A stretch of 64,000 nt of DNA, taken from the NCBI GenBank assembly GCA_020057295.1, contig JAGVGF010000002.1:24776-88775 (forward strand), written 5' to 3'. The stretch's first letter is position 1. The number at the start of each line of letters is the position of its first letter. Both the position numbers and the translations under genes were made by a program. Source of the DNA: an archaeon. Lineage in GTDB: Archaea > Nanobdellota > Nanobdellia > Woesearchaeales > UBA9642. Positions 39,574 to 49,762 of this stretch are shown one piece after another. Under the pieces are notes generated by a model that saw nothing but the letters and a program-made list of their open reading frames with translations, had not been told where the DNA came from and made no database searches.

Positions 39574-40251
39574 TTATATCACATTCAATAAATATTCCAT
39601 CATACTCCTAATAACGTCAAAGAAGTTAAATGTTAACAATACTTGTTGATCTACAAAAAACTTCACAAACAATATTATTAGCGCCAATTTTAAGAATTTT
39701 CCTAAACCTTGATATATCAAATATTTTGAAAATTTATATTTAGTAGTTCCGATAAATACTACAAAAGTTTCCATCGGGAAAAACGGTATAAAATTTCCGA
39801 AAAATAGTATAGAACTACCCCATTTAGATAATTTCTTACCAAACTGTTGAGAATGTTCCTTAATTACGTGCTTGTACGTATAGTCTCTAAATAAGTGTCC
39901 GAACCAGAAATCTAAAGTGTGACTAATTATTATACCGCTCCATACTGCAATAAAACTTAGCAAAGGATCCCCGCCGCTGATTATATAATACAGGAATAGA
40001 ATATCTATGGGTAGAGATATAAAGAATAATCCGCTAATGAACGCTACAATAAATAACCAAAATATAGACGTTTTATCTAACTCTCCCTTAATAAAATCAT
40101 ATGTGCTTTTAAGATCAGGACTATTTATAATAACTTTTAATATTATTGGTTGCATTAAAGCAGCAATCACTCCAATAAGTAGAAATACTCCTAAATACCT
40201 TAATAATTTACCGTAACGCTTCAAATAATTTTCACGTTTAGTTTTAGCCAT
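39574..40251 (-). CDS. DedA/VTT-like membrane protein (tentative)
   Basis: 225 aa, multiple TM helices and Gly/Pro-containing re-entrant-like segments (FFGNFIPFFP). Tentative. Confidence 0.3.
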   Translation of the reverse strand: MAKTKRENYLKRYGKLLRYLGVFLLIGVIAALMQPIILKVIINSPDLKSTYDFIKGELDKTSIFWLFIVAFISGLFFISLPIDILFLYYIISGGDPLLSFIAVWSGIIISHTLDFWFGHLFRDYTYKHVIKEHSQQFGKKLSKWGSSILFFGNFIPFFPMETFVVFIGTTKYKFSKYLIYQGLGKFLKLALIILFVKFFVDQQVLLTFNFFDVIRSMMEYLLNVI

Positions 40252-40312
40252 TTTTATCGAATACTCTTATGTATTTTAATCTTAAATCACCTTAAAAATG
40301 TTTCGACTATAG

Positions 40313-40332
40313 ATTATTATTATTATTATTAT
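40313..40332. repeat. (ATT)n microsatellite, about 6.5 units
   Basis: attattattattattattat in the intergenic region upstream of the LAGLIDADG gene. Confidence 0.6.
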
Positions 40333-40399
40333 CTCACTGGACAATAAGCCGTCACACATAAATATATTGATTGATTTCATTCAATTAGGATGAGTTGAA

Positions 40400-41041
40400 A
40401 TGAAACCGAATCAATATATTATTACTCCTGAACTTGCACGTATAGTGGCTCACATTTGTGGAGATGGATATGTATATATTAGCAGGCAGAGAAGAACTCC
40501 AAAAGAACTAATATCTCATCCAAGAAAGAATCTCGTTAGGATAAAATATGGTGTTAGATATGTGAATACTGAGCCTATATTAATAAAACAATTCACTTCA
40601 GATGTTAAGATTCAATTTGGAAGAAAAGTTGTTCCTGTAAGAAAACATGAATATGATTTGTCTGCAAAATGGATAAGAGATATTATTATAAAATTAGGCG
40701 CCGGAAAATCACATGAATGGTGTATAGTAAAAGAAATTCTTCTATCTAAAAAGGCTATTAAAGTAGAATGGTTAAAATCTTTTTTTGATGATGAGGCGCA
40801 TGTGTCTATTCCTGACAAAAGAATAGTTCTAAATGTGGTAAATAAAAATGGTTTGTTGCAGATACAAAAATTATTACTAGAATTGGGAATAAAATCAACT
40901 GTCAATGGACCTTATGCGTGTAGAAAATATTATTCTTACAATCTTAAAATATATCGTCCTTATTTAAGAGCGTACTATGAACAAATAGGTTTCTATCATC
41001 CTAAGAAAGTTAGAGATTTATTGGCATTAATAAATAATTAA
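40400..41041 (+). CDS. free-standing double-motif LAGLIDADG homing endonuclease
   Basis: 213 aa. Motif 1 LARIVAHICGDGYV (LAGLIDADG-like) and motif 2 EWLKSFFDDEAHVS (LRGFFDADG-like) spaced about 100 aa apart, as in I-DmoI-type enzymes. Confidence 0.55.
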   Translation: MKPNQYIITPELARIVAHICGDGYVYISRQRRTPKELISHPRKNLVRIKYGVRYVNTEPILIKQFTSDVKIQFGRKVVPVRKHEYDLSAKWIRDIIIKLGAGKSHEWCIVKEILLSKKAIKVEWLKSFFDDEAHVSIPDKRIVLNVVNKNGLLQIQKLLLELGIKSTVNGPYACRKYYSYNLKIYRPYLRAYYEQIGFYHPKKVRDLLALINN

Positions 41042-41044
41042 ATA

Positions 41045-41118
41045 TGGGGACGCTGAGATTCGAACTCAGATTAACCGCTCTGGAGGCGGTTGTTCTAGCC
41101 AGGTTATACTACGTCCCC
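41045..41118 (-). tRNA. tRNA-Trp (anticodon CCA), no encoded CCA, apparently intron-less
   Basis: Hand-folded. Acceptor GGGGACG/CGUCCCC, anticodon stem ACCGC/GCGGU with loop CUCCAGA, T arm CUGAG-UUCGAAU-CUCAG, discriminator A. D stem has one A-A mismatch. Confidence 0.8.
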
Positions 41119-41267
41119 TTATAATTGAAATTATAGAATAAGTTGTGTTTTATAAAAGTTATGGTCAACACGTCTTTGATTTACGTATTTATATCTTCCT
41201 CATCTTTGAGGTATTGTATGATTGTTAACGGATTCTCGTAATGTTCACGCATTTTTTATTCAGAAGT

Positions 41268-43628
41268 TTACTTTCTGCCTCTACGTTTCTGTTTAATAAA
41301 TGCTGCAATGTATATTAGTACTAATATTATTAAGAATATCGCTAAATTAACGTACCAGCAGTATACATTGTATAATTGTGTGAATGATTTTCTTGGAATA
41401 TTCTTTACGACTAATGTAAATTCTGGTGATGAAGTTTTGCCGCCTTGAGGATCATATGCTGTTATCTTAGCATATTCTACACCACTCCAACCACTATTTG
41501 GATAGAATGTTACTTGTTTACCTTCGATTATGGCCTTGATATTTTTTATACCGCTAACATTATACTTTAATGTAGCATTATCGGGATCATAAAAGAATTT
41601 AGAAATGTCTAATACATACTTGCTATCTTGTAGCCATTCATAACGTAATTCTGAAGCGTCATTAGTCAAATTATATACTTGTGATTCGGTTTTAGGCAAT
41701 CCGCTAAATGTTAATACGAATACTAAACCCATTAAAAATACTACTACTAAAAGTATTAATATAGGTATTTTTGCTTTGAATCTGTTGCTGAATTTGTAAG
41801 GATAGTGTGGACCGACAATTAAGAATATTACAATCAATAGAATTACTAATAATATCGCTAATAGTTCGTATAGGCTGAATTGTCTGCATACTGTGCCATA
41901 AGCTAAGTATTCGAATGTTTTAGTAATTATATTCTTATCTTTTAATTTTACAATAGTTTCTTGTGTGTATGTCACGCCGCTTGAATCTTCAATTATTAAT
42001 TGTCCGCCATAATAACTATCATTCTTATTTGCAGCATTAACTTTTAATGTAACATACTTGGTTTCTGACTTGTTAATATTTACTAATGTGTCATCTAATG
42101 CTAAAATATTAGAACCATTCCATGATACTATATATTTTCCATTAACTAAACCTTTGTTAGTTATAGGCATATTTACTTGTGTAGTTTGATAATTAATTTG
42201 ATAATTTGTCTTATCAACATTTACGACATGACATGTTGGTAAGTCATAGCTTTTAATCCAGAATTCATTATATTCATTAATTCCGTTCTTTATTGTTGCT
42301 TTAACTTTGATATCGTAATCTTTATTCTCTTCAGGTCCTGTTATTAATACTTTGAAAAATCCTTTCTTACCAGATTCTACAGTAACACTATTTTTAGATA
42401 ATTTTACTGATGATGGAGCATTTTCTAAACTCAATGCATATGTTTCAGTATATTTTCCATTATTTAATATTTCACCATCATAACTATACGTGTATGATTC
42501 ACAAGTTCTTAATGGAGCATTTTTATTATTATCATAATCATATAATATCACTTCGTGTTCATAACATGGAAGGAAATTTATTAATAATTTAGAATTCTTA
42601 ACTATATCGCCAAGTTCTGGTGTAACTTCAATCTTTACTTCTGCTGTCTTATATTCTGTTCGATATATTGTTGAATCCACAACTACATAAAATTTCTTGG
42701 ACTCTCCAGGTTTTAATGTGAAAGCGTTATTATCTAATTTGCTTAATCTTGCATATTTTGGCAATCCTTTAACTTCTGCTGTATAATTATTAGTTATACT
42801 TCCCTTGTTAGTTATTGTTACAGGAATCTCATTATACTGTATTCTATTACATACATCAACATTTACTGTGTTGTTAGAATCGCTTCCTATAGTTACATCA
42901 TAATCATAATTTCTTAAAATATTTAATGGTGCATTAACGCTTGCTGATAATTCATTCTTCAAGGAATGTGCGGTGAATATTATATCTTTTGAACCATATA
43001 CGTTACAATCAAATTTTGCTGTTGCACTAATCTTTCCAATCTGATTAGGCTCTAATGTAAAACTTTTAGCGTTATAGACTATATTATTATCATAATTACT
43101 CTCTAAATTGTACTCTTCAGAAAATGAGCCTGTGTTCTTTACTGATAGCTCAAAATTTTTTGATTGACAAGGATTAATATCAGTACTATAATTTCCTATA
43201 GCTAACTCAATATTTTGACATCTATCTCTTTGTAATTCCTTTACAATTGTCTTCTGCATGCCAAGATTTGATGTGACTGTAATTTTAAATTCATCAGATC
43301 CTGTGCTACAGTCAGAAGTTATGTATAAGTAAACATTTCTTGATTGTCCAGGTGCTAACTCGAAATTATTTTCAGAAGTCATAACTTGTGCATGAATTTT
43401 ATTGGTTGATATGGCAAATACTGCTGGCCATGTTCCAGTATTAGTTAGGCTGATAGTATCATATTTTGTAGAACAACTACATATACTAACTTTATCATAA
43501 GAACTAGTTAATGTGAAGTCTTTACTAGGAGTGTACGTATTGACATCAATCACACCAAATACGCTATTTGATAGCATTAAGAATGCCAGTAATATAATAA
43601 ATATTGAGGATAACTTCATAGTAACCAT
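41268..43628 (-). CDS. large exported cell-surface protein with C-terminal membrane anchor
   Basis: 786 aa. N-terminal signal-like MVTMKLSSIFIILLAFLMLSNSVFG, Asn/Thr/Ser-rich beta-type sequence, hydrophobic segments near residues 570-640 and at the extreme C-terminus followed by KQKRRGRK. Confidence 0.5.
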   Translation of the reverse strand: MVTMKLSSIFIILLAFLMLSNSVFGVIDVNTYTPSKDFTLTSSYDKVSICSCSTKYDTISLTNTGTWPAVFAISTNKIHAQVMTSENNFELAPGQSRNVYLYITSDCSTGSDEFKITVTSNLGMQKTIVKELQRDRCQNIELAIGNYSTDINPCQSKNFELSVKNTGSFSEEYNLESNYDNNIVYNAKSFTLEPNQIGKISATAKFDCNVYGSKDIIFTAHSLKNELSASVNAPLNILRNYDYDVTIGSDSNNTVNVDVCNRIQYNEIPVTITNKGSITNNYTAEVKGLPKYARLSKLDNNAFTLKPGESKKFYVVVDSTIYRTEYKTAEVKIEVTPELGDIVKNSKLLINFLPCYEHEVILYDYDNNKNAPLRTCESYTYSYDGEILNNGKYTETYALSLENAPSSVKLSKNSVTVESGKKGFFKVLITGPEENKDYDIKVKATIKNGINEYNEFWIKSYDLPTCHVVNVDKTNYQINYQTTQVNMPITNKGLVNGKYIVSWNGSNILALDDTLVNINKSETKYVTLKVNAANKNDSYYGGQLIIEDSSGVTYTQETIVKLKDKNIITKTFEYLAYGTVCRQFSLYELLAILLVILLIVIFLIVGPHYPYKFSNRFKAKIPILILLVVVFLMGLVFVLTFSGLPKTESQVYNLTNDASELRYEWLQDSKYVLDISKFFYDPDNATLKYNVSGIKNIKAIIEGKQVTFYPNSGWSGVEYAKITAYDPQGGKTSSPEFTLVVKNIPRKSFTQLYNVYCWYVNLAIFLIILVLIYIAAFIKQKRRGRK

Positions 43629-43673
43629 CTCGATAATATTGTTGATATATTAAAAAATAATAAATAAAAATTT

Positions 43674-44930
43674 TTAGTAGTATGGTTCTGAATCGTTTTT
43701 ATTATCTCTCATCTTATTGAATCCAATTACTAATCCAACGATTATTAAGATAACAACTAATACAACTAAACCTACTTCTAATGCTTGCTTGAATAATGAC
43801 CAGTCGCTAGAGCCACTCTTAGTTATTTTAGCAACTAATGGTATGCTCTTAGTGTCTCCGTCTGCATCGATGTTTAATGTGAATGCCTTATCACCAAGTT
43901 CTGCATTTGAATTACTACTAACGTATAAGTATGCTGTCTTTGATTGACCTGCTGGTATTACAACAACAGATGATGGATCTATTCTAGTAGTTGCCCAAGT
44001 TGATGCTCCTGTAACACTTAAAGTGTAAGTCTTACTATTTGCTCCAACATTGTTTATCACGATAGGATATACAACACTAGTTCCTTGAGCTACTTCCTGC
44101 ATATTTGGTACATTAACAATTGTATTACCTTGACCTGTTGTAGTGCTTGCGCCACAAGTGTCTCCTTTACTTACTTTTATACTGCCAGTAGTATCGGTCT
44201 CACTATACTCATCAAACTCTACTAAGATATTTACATCATATGTTCCTGCTTTTGTACACTCAGGAATTCTTAATAATAATTCTTCAAAAGTTCTAGATTG
44301 ATCAGGATCTATCTCGTCCATGTATTCAGAAACTTTAATGTTTAAATCTGGAACGCTCATAGTTACTTTTAAGTCCTTTATTTTGCTGTCCCAAAGATTA
44401 TGTACTTTTACTTTTCCTGTAAATGCTCTTCCAGCAACAACTTCTTGAGGGTCTAAACTGAAATCTTTAACTTCAACAGCCATACTTCTTTTTATTCCTT
44501 TTAGATATAATTGGTATGTCTTGTCAACTGATGTTCCATTTCTGTCATCTGCTCTTATTCTTAATTTGAAATAATCTTTATCTATTTTTGTTGGAACTTC
44601 TAAGTCCAAGTCAAAGCAATCGCTGTGTCCGTTTAATAAATCGAATGAATCAGTCATGTCGGTAATTTTTGCACTTTCTTGATTTGCATATGCATAACCT
44701 GAAATGTCAGCGTATATTTGTGCGTTAGTTACATCAGCTAATGCTTGTACACATACGTATATGTTTAATTTATCTCCTCTCTTATAGTCTTGGCTAACGC
44801 TTGATGTGCCGCTGTCTAATAGTGAGTGACTATTTACTTCAAGACTTGTAACCTGAAGATTAACTGCACTTACTAATCCAGTGCCTACAATAACGAATGC
44901 TAGAAACAATACGAACAATTTTGCTCTCAT
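43674..44930 (-). CDS. exported surface protein with C-terminal TM anchor
   Basis: 418 aa. Signal peptide MRAKLFVLFLAFVIVGTGLVSA, C-terminal LVVLVVILIIVGLVIGF then a charged tail. Confidence 0.5.
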   Translation of the reverse strand: MRAKLFVLFLAFVIVGTGLVSAVNLQVTSLEVNSHSLLDSGTSSVSQDYKRGDKLNIYVCVQALADVTNAQIYADISGYAYANQESAKITDMTDSFDLLNGHSDCFDLDLEVPTKIDKDYFKLRIRADDRNGTSVDKTYQLYLKGIKRSMAVEVKDFSLDPQEVVAGRAFTGKVKVHNLWDSKIKDLKVTMSVPDLNIKVSEYMDEIDPDQSRTFEELLLRIPECTKAGTYDVNILVEFDEYSETDTTGSIKVSKGDTCGASTTTGQGNTIVNVPNMQEVAQGTSVVYPIVINNVGANSKTYTLSVTGASTWATTRIDPSSVVVIPAGQSKTAYLYVSSNSNAELGDKAFTLNIDADGDTKSIPLVAKITKSGSSDWSLFKQALEVGLVVLVVILIIVGLVIGFNKMRDNKNDSEPYY

Positions 44931-45045
44931 TTTATTACCCCCAAACTGATTTCTGAATATGACTGTTATCGAATAGATAAACGTTATTATTTATAAATGT
45001 TTCGTTTCTTTTACTACTCGATAGTAAAACATTTTTCATGTTTTT

Positions 45046-47568
45046 TTACTTTTTTATGACTAGTTCCCTATATTTTATTCTTCGAACTTCGTCATTACCA
45101 ACACTGATTTTAACATAATAGGTTCCAGGTGTTATACTATACAATGGTATTGTAACAGTTTCTGCCTGTGTTCCACCACGATTCAAATCGAATGATGTTG
45201 ATCTTCCTTCAATTCCTAATTCCGGAATACTCACTACAACTCTGGAATTTTTCAACTTTGAACCATACTCATTCTTAACTTCAACATTTACTGTTAAATC
45301 ATCATTAGGCTTCAAAATATCATAACCATCCATGCCATAAATTAATAAGTGTGTTATCAATAATCCGCCTTTAGACTTATCAATTATTACTACTGGTTTT
45401 GGCATACTAGAACCATCTAATATTGTTGCTGTAGTTCTTCCAGAATTAATAGAACCATTAGCGTAGTAAATTGTTAATGTTACTGTATAAACATTTATTG
45501 CTGTATATGTGTGTTGAATTGTTGGTGTTGTTGTATCTGCGGTTTTACCGTCTCCAAAATTCCATAAGTATCGAACTATTTGTCCAGTACTTTTTGAAGC
45601 ATCAAATGTTACTGGCTGATTAACATATCCGTTGTATGGTCCACCCATATCAAATATTAATGTTTGATTAGTAGTTCCATTACTTGTTGTTCTAACTATT
45701 CCGCAATTTGCTAATACTACATTATTATTTGCATCAGTTACTGTTACACTTGAACTAAATGTTCCAACATTATTATATATGTGTGTAACGCTATTTAATG
45801 TATTACTACTTACGCCACCGTCACCAAATGACCATATGTAATTATATGGTGCTGTTCCGCCGTTAACAAGTGCGTTCATACTAACGCTTAATGGAATATT
45901 ACCGTTTGTTGGTGATGCAGTACATGCAACAGTAAACGTTGCGTTTGTATTATTTACAATTCCAGTAATTACGTGAACATTAATTCTTGTAGTACTATAA
46001 TCATTGTCTAAATCACTGGCTCTTAAATCAATTATATCATCACCTAAATTATTTCCGGTAATTGCTAGAACGTTTCCTGAATTTATTACTGTTGTAATTC
46101 TAAACGGATTATTAGTTATACTCCATCTTAATGTATTATCTTCTAAATCATGACCATAACTGTTTAATCCTATATATGATGTTTGTCCAACATTAATATA
46201 CACATCAGGTATGTTGCTTATTGTTGGCTTATTATTTAATATGATTAAATTAACTTGTGCTTGTCCGCCTGTTAATCCTGTAAAGTTAAATGCGAATGCA
46301 AAAACATTACTATCTCCTAAAAACTCATGTCTTAATGGTATCATATCTAATTTATAATAATACCAGTTACCATTATAGCTTAACCTGCTCAAATCAACTC
46401 TACCGCCTGGTAGACTGACTAGTGCTGCTGCTGTAACAATATCGCTTGTAACAAATGTGTTACTTATAGGATCGTAAACTTGAAATTTTGCATATAATGA
46501 TTCTCCTCTATAGAATGTGTTATCTGGATAGAAAAAATTACTATCATTATATGTTGCTAAATTAATAACATTATATCTTTGAGCGTATACATCAAATGTG
46601 TATGATGCACCATTGCCTGTATAATTAATATATCCTGGTGCACTTGCTGTAGCATAAACTGTGTATGTTCCAACACCACTTACAGGACTAGTTACTGTAC
46701 ATCCGCCACTAAGCGTATTTGTTTTACATGTTCCGAATAATCTTCCGTCGCTGTATGCAATTTTTACATCAACATTTCCTGGAACTAATCCGTTACTTGA
46801 TGTAACCATTACACTGCATGATTGATTGTTATTGTTTACAACTCTTGGAAAACAATTTATTGATTGTATACTTAATGTTGGTGGAACAACTGTAATTGCT
46901 CCAACTCCACAATTAGCTGTTACACTTACACTATTACTGTCTACAACTCTTAATGTAGGATTAAATGTTCCTATATTATATGTGTGTGTTTGAGTATTTG
47001 TTAAAGAATTTGTTGATACACTAAATATACTTGAACCATCATTATAATTCCAATTATATGTATATGGCGCATTTCCTCCGGTTACTGTTCCAGTAAAATC
47101 TACATTTAATGGAGCATATCCGTTAGTTGGCACTGCATTACATGAAACTGCAAATGTTGAAACTGCTGTAGGTAAAACATTTAATATTAATCTAAAACTA
47201 TCAGAACTAAATCCGTCAACAGATTTTATGTAAACATAATATGTTCCATTTGTATTTCCATATTGTGTTGGTGTAACATTTATGTAGCCATTAGCGCCAT
47301 TGCCTACTGTTGCTGTTGTTGGAATATAAGTAAATATAGGGTTTGTTAATCCTTGCTTGTATAATGTAATATTGTATTGTCCGCCTCTTGTACTAATTGC
47401 ATGAACTCTATATTCAAATTCTGCAGTTTGACCATTATTAATATTTAACACTACATCATTATTACTAGTCCATGTAGCTTGATTGATTGATGCCATTACT
47501 GGACTAACACATACAATGCTTAAAATGAACAATAATACAATTATCCAACTTTTCATTTTATCCCTCAT
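45046..47568 (-). CDS. large secreted protein with multiple PKD-like repeats
   Basis: 840 aa. Signal peptide. At least three repeats with the PKD hallmark (NVDFTGTVTGGNAPYTYNWNYNDGS; SVSMNALVNGGTAPYNYIWSFGDGG; VTFDASKSTGQIVRYLWNFGDGK). Confidence 0.55.
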   Translation of the reverse strand: MRDKMKSWIIVLLFILSIVCVSPVMASINQATWTSNNDVVLNINNGQTAEFEYRVHAISTRGGQYNITLYKQGLTNPIFTYIPTTATVGNGANGYINVTPTQYGNTNGTYYVYIKSVDGFSSDSFRLILNVLPTAVSTFAVSCNAVPTNGYAPLNVDFTGTVTGGNAPYTYNWNYNDGSSIFSVSTNSLTNTQTHTYNIGTFNPTLRVVDSNSVSVTANCGVGAITVVPPTLSIQSINCFPRVVNNNNQSCSVMVTSSNGLVPGNVDVKIAYSDGRLFGTCKTNTLSGGCTVTSPVSGVGTYTVYATASAPGYINYTGNGASYTFDVYAQRYNVINLATYNDSNFFYPDNTFYRGESLYAKFQVYDPISNTFVTSDIVTAAALVSLPGGRVDLSRLSYNGNWYYYKLDMIPLRHEFLGDSNVFAFAFNFTGLTGGQAQVNLIILNNKPTISNIPDVYINVGQTSYIGLNSYGHDLEDNTLRWSITNNPFRITTVINSGNVLAITGNNLGDDIIDLRASDLDNDYSTTRINVHVITGIVNNTNATFTVACTASPTNGNIPLSVSMNALVNGGTAPYNYIWSFGDGGVSSNTLNSVTHIYNNVGTFSSSVTVTDANNNVVLANCGIVRTTSNGTTNQTLIFDMGGPYNGYVNQPVTFDASKSTGQIVRYLWNFGDGKTADTTTPTIQHTYTAINVYTVTLTIYYANGSINSGRTTATILDGSSMPKPVVIIDKSKGGLLITHLLIYGMDGYDILKPNDDLTVNVEVKNEYGSKLKNSRVVVSIPELGIEGRSTSFDLNRGGTQAETVTIPLYSITPGTYYVKISVGNDEVRRIKYRELVIKK

Positions 47569-47588
47569 CTAAAGTATATCTTAATAAT

Positions 47589-48932
47589 CTAAAATTTGTA
47601 TATTAATGATGCATTAACGCCGTTTTTTGTTCCGTCATTTGGATTAATATCTCCTGTTACATCAAGATATAATCCATCAATTCCTTTAATTCCGCCTAAT
47701 CTTAAACCTACAGGTATACTGAAATATGAATTACTTCCTTCTGTAGTTGGTTGTGTTACTGGTGGTTTTGAAAGAGGATTATTTTGTGCTCTATCTCTTA
47801 TAGTTTCTGTAACTGTACTTTCTAATGTTGAGTTACTACTATTATATTGAGCGCCAACTCCTACTTTTAAGTTGTTTCCTCCTAGCCAAGCCATTACTCT
47901 TGTTTTCCATCCAGTATATTTCTCTGTGAATTTTTGTACAGTAGATCCAAATGTTGAATTCCATGTACTATCATAATCTTTATTTGAATTACCTATCAAA
48001 TTAGTTTTAGCAACTGTTCCTTCTAAATCCCAATGTGAATCAGGGCTATATCCTAATGTTAATCCTGTAACATTTCCTTTATTTGTTGAACTTCCATCTT
48101 TTCCAAATAATAATCCTGCATACCATTTTGATTTTGTTGTGTCAGGAACATCTGTTGTATCAGTTCTAGCTGTACTATTTCCTGATGTTCTATTACTTAC
48201 TGCAGAACTATCTGTTAATCCTGAAGCAATTAATGCTGTACTGTCAGTAACTCCTGGAATGTACAACATGAATTTTACTTCCTCGCCATCATATCTTTTT
48301 ATTACTGTTCTACCATTCTGTACTATAGTATCAGTATATGCTGGAGTTCTACGTATTGCTCCAAATTGTAATCCGCGATGTCCTGCTCTTCCAACGGTTA
48401 ATGCATCTGCAGCTGTTTCTCTACCATCATAATTATTGTTGCCTAAATGTGTTGAAATATCTTTTAGCAATGTTGTATCTCTTGGCATTCTTCCCATTTG
48501 TGTACTATCCGCAAGATCTTTACGCCATTGCGCTAATGCTCTTTCATCAGCTATGATTACTTTATCGTTAGGATTTTTCTTTTTTAATGCAGCAATATTT
48601 CTCTTTTCATAATTTATTAATCCTTCAGGAGTCATTAACACCCATTGTCCATGAGGTGCGTTAGGATATGTACTTCCATAATTTAATTCTTTAGCTTCTC
48701 TGCCCGGAATTACAGTAACTCTGTCCGGTACTGCAATACTTCGACCAGGAATGAATGCTGTACTAGTATCTTTGGTAATCCTGTTGTGTTGTAATGGTGT
48801 TCTTGATTGTGCATCTAATTCGGTGCTTAACATGTAACTTCCAATTAGAAATATTCCTGCTGCTTTAAGTGCATCAATTAAATCTGTTTTAAGACTAGAA
48901 TAATTATAGTTATTTATATTTGTAAAGTTCAT
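47589..48932 (-). CDS. secreted beta-rich protein with OMP-like C-terminal signature (ends ...ASLIYKF)
   Basis: 447 aa. Internal hydrophobic signal-like segment near residue 20-35. C-terminal third alternates polar and hydrophobic residues and ends in Phe. Confidence 0.4.
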   Translation of the reverse strand: MNFTNINNYNYSSLKTDLIDALKAAGIFLIGSYMLSTELDAQSRTPLQHNRITKDTSTAFIPGRSIAVPDRVTVIPGREAKELNYGSTYPNAPHGQWVLMTPEGLINYEKRNIAALKKKNPNDKVIIADERALAQWRKDLADSTQMGRMPRDTTLLKDISTHLGNNNYDGRETAADALTVGRAGHRGLQFGAIRRTPAYTDTIVQNGRTVIKRYDGEEVKFMLYIPGVTDSTALIASGLTDSSAVSNRTSGNSTARTDTTDVPDTTKSKWYAGLLFGKDGSSTNKGNVTGLTLGYSPDSHWDLEGTVAKTNLIGNSNKDYDSTWNSTFGSTVQKFTEKYTGWKTRVMAWLGGNNLKVGVGAQYNSSNSTLESTVTETIRDRAQNNPLSKPPVTQPTTEGSNSYFSIPVGLRLGGIKGIDGLYLDVTGDINPNDGTKNGVNASLIYKF

Positions 48933-49042
48933 TTTAATCCCCCAAAAATATGTACTTATGAAGGTAAAATCAGAATAATATATAAATGTTTCGGTAATTT
49001 GTTATTACGCAGTGAATACAAAATATTTTGTTTTTTTAACTT

Positions 49043-49402
49043 TTATATATTTATCAATACTATTCCTAATATTATAAAACATATCCCTATCCATTTATAA
49101 TTATTCATACGCTCTTTCAAATAATATATTGATAAGATTGTAACAAAAATGTATGACATAGAACTTAAAGGATATACTACTGATAAATTTCCAAGTTTTA
49201 ATGCTAACACGAAAAATATTCCAGATATTCCATATAATGCTATTCCACAGATTATATAATAATTTTTTATGATTTTAATTATTCCGTTAATTGTTATTTC
49301 TAATGTAAATTTTTTTGATCCTTTTTTTAGTAATGTTGTTCCTATAGCATTACCTATTGTTGCTATTAATACAAATAATATTATAACTACTGAATTATTC
49401 AT
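49043..49402 (-). CDS. EamA/SMR-like 4-TM small membrane protein (ArnE/ArnF-like), partner B
   Basis: 119 aa, four TM helices, ALKLGNLSVVYP motif. Overlaps partner A by 4 nt. Confidence 0.5.
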   Translation of the reverse strand: MNNSVVIILFVLIATIGNAIGTTLLKKGSKKFTLEITINGIIKIIKNYYIICGIALYGISGIFFVLALKLGNLSVVYPLSSMSYIFVTILSIYYLKERMNNYKWIGICFIILGIVLINI

Positions 49403-49758
49403 TTTTTAATACCTGCACCAATAAACGATACTCCTACTATTATGAGTAAAATTCCAGTCATATTAATATATGATACAGTCTCATTAAATATTATCATCGC
49501 AAGAACTGTCGTCCATATAAAACTTAATGCAACAAACGGATATAAAAGCGATACATCTCCATGTTTAAGTGCTAATATTAATAGCATAGATGCTGTAAAA
49601 TACAAAATCAATCCTAAAATTAATGGAATGTTAGTTATAATTTGATAAAAACTATCAATATTCTTTGTAGAAAGCTTTAATAATATTTGCGCAGCGGCGG
49701 TAATAAAACTACACAATATAACTAATCCAACAGCCAAAAATTTATTGCTATAATTCAT
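49399..49758 (-). CDS. EamA/SMR-like 4-TM small membrane protein (ArnE/ArnF-like), partner A
   Basis: 119 aa, four TM helices, ALKHGDVSLLYP motif. Immediately downstream of aglB on the same strand. Confidence 0.5.
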   Translation of the reverse strand: MNYSNKFLAVGLVILCSFITAAAQILLKLSTKNIDSFYQIITNIPLILGLILYFTASMLLILALKHGDVSLLYPFVALSFIWTTVLAMIIFNETVSYINMTGILLIIVGVSFIGAGIKK

Positions 49759-49762
49759 TTTA

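Noticed and set aside
40313-40332. Short tandem ATT repeat considered as a CRISPR-like or regulatory array
   Set aside because: It is only about 20 nt of a trinucleotide microsatellite, with no spacer/repeat architecture. No CRISPR repeats or cas genes occur anywhere in the window.
47589-48932. Calling the 447-aa protein a genuine outer-membrane porin
   Set aside because: Only the C-terminal beta-signal-like pattern is visible. No barrel can be established by eye, and archaea of this type are not known to have outer membranes. It is kept as an observation rather than an annotation.
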